Part shown: positions 50,426-53,806 of the stretch, one piece after another
Layout of the letters: every line of letters begins with the position of its first letter
Position numbering within the stretch: the first letter of the stretch is position 1
IMG/VR virus record: IMGVR_UViG_3300045988_065514
DNA length: 53,806 nucleotides
From: a virus
Direction: 5' to 3' (one strand)
Notes under the pieces: model-generated
Seen by the model: only the letters and a program-made list of their open reading frames with translations
Database searches by the model: none
What the model was told of the DNA's origin: nothing
Position numbers and translations under genes: made by a program

Positions 50426-50689
50426 ATGGCAGAAGAAAAAGAAGAGAAAATCAAAATTGTAGAGCCAGGACGAGAGAACGACAAACTCACGAAAATGGCA
50501 GAAGGAGTCTATAAGACTATCGACGACTACAGCGAGAAGAACGAGCTGCACTGCTTAGTTCTCATGGCAGACAAGACAGGAGGCGCATCCTTCATCATCG
50601 GAGACGAAAAGATGATAGCCAAAGAGTTCAAGGAGCTCACAGGATATCACGAAGCATTCAAAAAAGTTTTAAACTTGATAAAGAAGTAA
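50426..50689 (+). CDS. Hypothetical protein (87 aa)
   Basis: ATG ORF. Confidence 0.5.
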   Translation: MAEEKEEKIKIVEPGRENDKLTKMAEGVYKTIDDYSEKNELHCLVLMADKTGGASFIIGDEKMIAKEFKELTGYHEAFKKVLNLIKK

Positions 50690-50693
50690 CAAC

Positions 50694-51299
50694 ATGGAAA
50701 AAGAAGTAATTCAAGTAGAGATCCCAGCAGGCAAGAAAGCCGCATGGGTGGACGGTTTCCTCAAGCTCGTAGATGCAGAAGAGGAACAGAAGAAGGACGA
50801 ACGTCCTATCACGGAGAGAGTGAAGACATTCGAGGATGCCTGCAAGGAGCTGGGCGAAGACCACAAGCTGGTACAGCAGTTCAAGGCAATCCAGGAAGCC
50901 ATAGCAGAAGACAAGGAAGCCACGGCATACTTCAAGCTGGGCATCATTACTGCAGCACTCAACGAGGGATGGGAGCCAGACTTCACCAACGATGACGAAT
51001 ACAGATACTACCCTTACCTTTGCCTCTGGACGAAAGAAGAGCTGAAGGACAAGGACGAAGCATGGAAGGACGACCATAACCTCCAGCTGTGGCTTGGTGG
51101 CGGCGCCTCGGACGCCGGTGCGAATTGCGGTCTCGCTTCTGCGGACTCGACCGACGCCTGGTCGGCTGCGTATGCGGCCATCTCGGCTCGGCTTGCACAC
51201 AGGACAGAGAAGCTGGCAATTTACAGCGGAAAGCAATTCACGGAGTTATGGACAAATTACGCAACAGGAAAGGAGGCAACATCATGGAGAAATATCTAG
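50694..51299 (+). CDS. DGR target protein 2: small protein in the non-structural module carrying VR2 (201 aa)
   Basis: VR2 lies in frame (LWLGGGASDAGANCGLASADSTDAWSAAYAAISARL). No signal peptide or TM segment is visible. Located in the replication/recombination module. Confidence 0.8.
   Translation: MEKEVIQVEIPAGKKAAWVDGFLKLVDAEEEQKKDERPITERVKTFEDACKELGEDHKLVQQFKAIQEAIAEDKEATAYFKLGIITAALNEGWEPDFTNDDEYRYYPYLCLWTKEELKDKDEAWKDDHNLQLWLGGGASDAGANCGLASADSTDAWSAAYAAISARLAHRTEKLAIYSGKQFTELWTNYATGKEATSWRNI
51084..51195 (+). repeat. DGR variable repeat VR2 (remote)
   Basis: 112-bp copy of TR 32771-32882 with 18 mismatches by hand alignment, all at TR adenines. Confidence 0.85.
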
Positions 51300-51721
51300 G
51301 ACTTGAATACGAAGACCTTGCAGAGCGTGAGCAATTCATCAAGGACAACGCAGACAGCATCGAGAACATGGGCTACACAAAGCCTATCCCAAGCGATCAG
51401 ATAGAGAAATTGAAGGAAACCCTGGCAGATGCCAGCATCAAGAAGCTGGAGCAGGAAGAGGCGAAGAAGGCAGCCGTCCAGATGTACAACGAGGAAATCA
51501 AGGGCTACAAGCTCACCATCAAGGACGCAGCCGACAAGCTCAAGAGCAAATCGACATACGTAAAGGAGCCTTGCTACAAGCTCATCGACCAGCAGACAAG
51601 ACAGGTCGGCTACTACACCAAGGAGGGTACGCTGGTCTACCAGCGAGCAGCACGCCACGATGAGCTGCAGCCTAACATTTTCAAGCTCAATCCTGCCAAG
51701 ACAGGAACCGACGACAAGTAA
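51284..51721 (+). CDS. Hypothetical protein (145 aa)
   Basis: Internal ATG of track ORF 51089-51721, preceded by aaaggaggcaac. Overlaps the upstream gene by 16 nt. Confidence 0.5.
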   Translation: MEKYLGLEYEDLAEREQFIKDNADSIENMGYTKPIPSDQIEKLKETLADASIKKLEQEEAKKAAVQMYNEEIKGYKLTIKDAADKLKSKSTYVKEPCYKLIDQQTRQVGYYTKEGTLVYQRAARHDELQPNIFKLNPAKTGTDDK

Positions 51722-51750
51722 CATAAGTTTCACATAAAAAGAATTTAAAA

Positions 51751-52491
51751 ATGACAAAAGAAGAGCGAGACGCAGCAACCAAGGCTGCAATCGAGAGAAT
51801 CCAAGAATTGAACGAAAGTAATGGAGGATACTGCATCCGATTCGGAGAAGCCCTCCCACTTAAGGAGCCAAAGTACGTATCCATCCACGGTACCATCGAC
51901 GCACCAGCACGCTGGGTAGAGAAGCGCAAGGACGACATCGTGTCAGCAGACGCACACGTCCTGGTGGACAGAGACCGAATGACCATCACGCTGAACACCG
52001 ACGAGAACAGCGCATACATGGATCAGATTGTCGGCACGCTGACCCTCTCCACAGAGATGCAGGAGTTCGGCATCAACACAGGAGAGTACATGAGCTGCTT
52101 CGACATGGCAGACCGCATCAAGCAGCTCCGCACCTACTTCGAGACACAGCAGGAAGCCATGAAGCTGGTAACAGAGCTCCGCAGCTTCAAGGCTAAGATT
52201 GATAAGGAGCTGGAGCTGAGCGACGACAAGCGAGGCAACCAGAAGATCATGCGAGCACAGACGGTAGAAAGCAACCTGCCAAAGAGCTTCAAGGTCAACA
52301 TGCCAATCTTCAAGGGAACCGAGAAGCGCACATTCGAGGTCGAGGTGGAGATTAACCCGAACGACCTCTCCTGCACCTTGGTCAGCCCAGACGCACACGA
52401 CATCGTAGTGCAGGAGCGAGACAGCCAGATGGGCGGAGTACTTGTACGAATTGCAGAGGCTGCACCGAACATTGTGATTATCGAGCAATAA
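51751..52491 (+). CDS. Hypothetical protein (246 aa)
   Basis: ATG ORF, followed by the hairpin gggagccgc...gcggctccc (52505-52528). Confidence 0.55.
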   Translation: MTKEERDAATKAAIERIQELNESNGGYCIRFGEALPLKEPKYVSIHGTIDAPARWVEKRKDDIVSADAHVLVDRDRMTITLNTDENSAYMDQIVGTLTLSTEMQEFGINTGEYMSCFDMADRIKQLRTYFETQQEAMKLVTELRSFKAKIDKELELSDDKRGNQKIMRAQTVESNLPKSFKVNMPIFKGTEKRTFEVEVEINPNDLSCTLVSPDAHDIVVQERDSQMGGVLVRIAEAAPNIVIIEQ

Positions 52492-52555
52492 CAACAACCA
52501 CCGAGGGAGCCGCCACAGAGCGGCTCCCGAAAGTGATTACAATAAAATCAGAAAC

Positions 52556-53557
52556 ATGAGCAGGAATACAGACAAGAGTTCTATCGTCATCAATACGAAA
52601 GACGCAGAGAACATGCTGCAGGACTTCACCAAGGAAGAGGCTGGGGAGATTTTCATGGCTTTGCTCGCCTACGCCAACAGAGGCGAAGAGTTCAAAACCG
52701 ACGACAGGTCGATGCGTACCCTGTTCAGAACGCTACAAGCCAACATCGACAGGAACAACGAGAAGTACGAAGAGAAATGCGAGCGCAACCGACAGATTGC
52801 CATGGAGCGAGAAAAGAAGAGAAAGGAGGCACGAGAAAAGGACAAAAAAGAAGAGCACGAACGTACACGAACGTGCACGAACGTGAACGAACGTGAACGA
52901 ACGTCACCTATAGGGATAGAGATAGGGAATGAGATAGGGATAGGGATAGAGAATGAGATAAACAATAAAGAGTTTAATAATATTAAAGAGGCTAAAGCCT
53001 CTACGTCAGAAACAAGTTCTGACGCTGCAGCAGAGCCGCAGGCACAGGCGAAGAACGAGGAAAATCAAGCCAAGAAACAAGACAAGATAGACTTCGAGAA
53101 GGTGCGCCAGCAGTTCAACAGACTCATGCAAGACAAGGCAATCCCGAAGCTCAAAGGAAAAATCGCAGGACAGCGCAAGGCATTCTTTGAAGCACGAGTT
53201 CGAGAATACGGCATTACGTCTGCATACCGAGTGATGATTAAGGCAGCAGAGAGCGGATTCCTCAACGGAGGAGGAAGAAACGGATGGCTCGCCAATTTTG
53301 AATGGATATTCAGACCAAACAATTTTCCGAAGGTGCTCGATGGCTACTACGACAATCCGCAGCCACAGGTACCAACAGCAACAATAGGAGGTTACAACAA
53401 TGGGACAGAAACACCAGCCGCAAGCGGTCGGACAATTAATCGCAACGAACAGAGGGCGACAGAACAGCGTGAGCGCATCCAGGGCTACGCAGGTGTCGCA
53501 AGCAAGTGGAGGCAGATTGCTGACAGCGACGCTGCAACGATGGGAAACGAGGGATAG
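52556..53557 (+). CDS. Putative replication initiator / replisome organiser (333 aa)
   Basis: The C-terminal ...GWLANFEWIFRPNNFPKVLDGYY resembles the conserved phage C-terminus of DnaD/organiser-type proteins. Iterons are embedded mid-gene. Confidence 0.5.
   Translation: MSRNTDKSSIVINTKDAENMLQDFTKEEAGEIFMALLAYANRGEEFKTDDRSMRTLFRTLQANIDRNNEKYEEKCERNRQIAMEREKKRKEAREKDKKEEHERTRTCTNVNERERTSPIGIEIGNEIGIGIENEINNKEFNNIKEAKASTSETSSDAAAEPQAQAKNEENQAKKQDKIDFEKVRQQFNRLMQDKAIPKLKGKIAGQRKAFFEARVREYGITSAYRVMIKAAESGFLNGGGRNGWLANFEWIFRPNNFPKVLDGYYDNPQPQVPTATIGGYNNGTETPAASGRTINRNEQRATEQRERIQGYAGVASKWRQIADSDAATMGNEG
52856..52905 (+). repeat. Five tandem 10-bp iterons [c/a]acgaacgt[a/g/c]
   Basis: cacgaacgta cacgaacgtg cacgaacgtg aacgaacgtg aacgaacgtc, with an exact 10-bp period. 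Confidence 0.6.
52906..52963 (+). repeat. Second repeat block (GATAGGGA/GATAGAGA/ATGAGATA units), followed by an AT-rich tract to ~52992
   Basis: acctatagggatagagatagggaatgagatagggatagggatagagaatgagata, then aaacaataaagagtttaataatattaaagag. Confidence 0.45.
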
Positions 53558-53806
53558 CCTCCTTCAGACTTTCCGCATCGACAAGCAGATAGAGCTGACG
53601 AAAGACCCAGAGCGGTGCTACTTTCAGAACGCCCCCACCCTTTGGACGGTCAACCTTGCCTACGGATTCGGCACAGCGCAAGAGTGGCTGGCTTACCAGA
53701 TAACCGACCTTTCGGAGTTCAGCGGAGCCAGGGACAAAATCACGGACAGGCAGCTCGACCAGATCATCCAGCTCATAACCGACGATTACGGATTTCTGAA
53801 CATGGC
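53400..53806 (+). CDS. 5' part of the junction-spanning ORF (continues at 1-411); start uncertain
   Basis: The frame is open from 53388. The first ATG is 53400 (preceded by aggagg) but overlaps the upstream gene by 158 nt. TTG at 53517 is an alternative. Confidence 0.4.
   Translation, partial: MGQKHQPQAVGQLIATNRGRQNSVSASRATQVSQASGGRLLTATLQRWETRDSLLQTFRIDKQIELTKDPERCYFQNAPTLWTVNLAYGFGTAQEWLAYQITDLSEFSGARDKITDRQLDQIIQLITDDYGFLNM
53688..53806. repeat. Terminal direct repeat copy 2 (circular-closure overlap)
   Basis: Identical to 1-119 by direct comparison. Confidence 0.9.

Noticed and set aside
52856-52963. Tandem short repeats considered as a CRISPR array.
   Set aside because: The 8-10 bp units are directly abutting with no spacers and lie inside a coding region. 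The pattern fits iterons, not CRISPR repeats.

Overview
The window is one complete, circularly closed genome of a temperate, siphovirus-like dsDNA phage. Bases 1-119 are identical to 53688-53806, giving a unit length of 53,687 bp. The host is probably a Bacteroidota species: several TAnnTTTG -7 promoter boxes, an IntDOT-like tyrosine integrase, and an attP that carries the 3' ~60 nt of a tRNA-Ser(GGA). Almost all genes are on the + strand and tightly packed, often with ATGA-type stop/start overlaps. Order of modules: early small genes with RuvC-like, PLD-like and ParB-methylase proteins (1-8.3 kb); packaging and head, namely TerS/TerL, portal, a MuF-like protein fused to an ADP-ribosyltransferase domain, scaffold and capsid (8.3-17.3 kb); tail, namely major tail, G/T chaperone with a -1 frameshift, a 1529-aa tape measure, and baseplate/fibres (17.3-37.5 kb); lysis (37.5-39.6 kb); an accessory block of small ORFs (39.7-42.5 kb); integrase plus attP plus a minus-strand lysogeny operon and genetic switch (42.5-45.6 kb); recombination and replication, namely a Rad50/SbcC-like ATPase, RecT, an MBL nuclease, and an initiator with embedded iteron origin (45.6-53.7 kb). 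The most interesting system is a diversity-generating retroelement (DGR). It has a 118-bp template repeat (32765-32882), a DGR-type reverse transcriptase (33152-34576), and two variable repeats. VR1 is at the 3' end of a tail-fibre gene next to the TR. VR2 is ~18 kb away in a small ORF with no visible signal peptide or TM segment, inside the replication/recombination module. No Avd-like accessory gene is visible, and the RT has a long C-terminal extension. Other points of note: recurrent operator-like palindromes, a conserved intercistronic hairpin family, phased heptamer repeats flanking attP, a minus-strand moron in the head module, and a G-run/CA-rich non-coding island. All functional calls rest on motifs read by eye and on gene order. 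No database search was possible.
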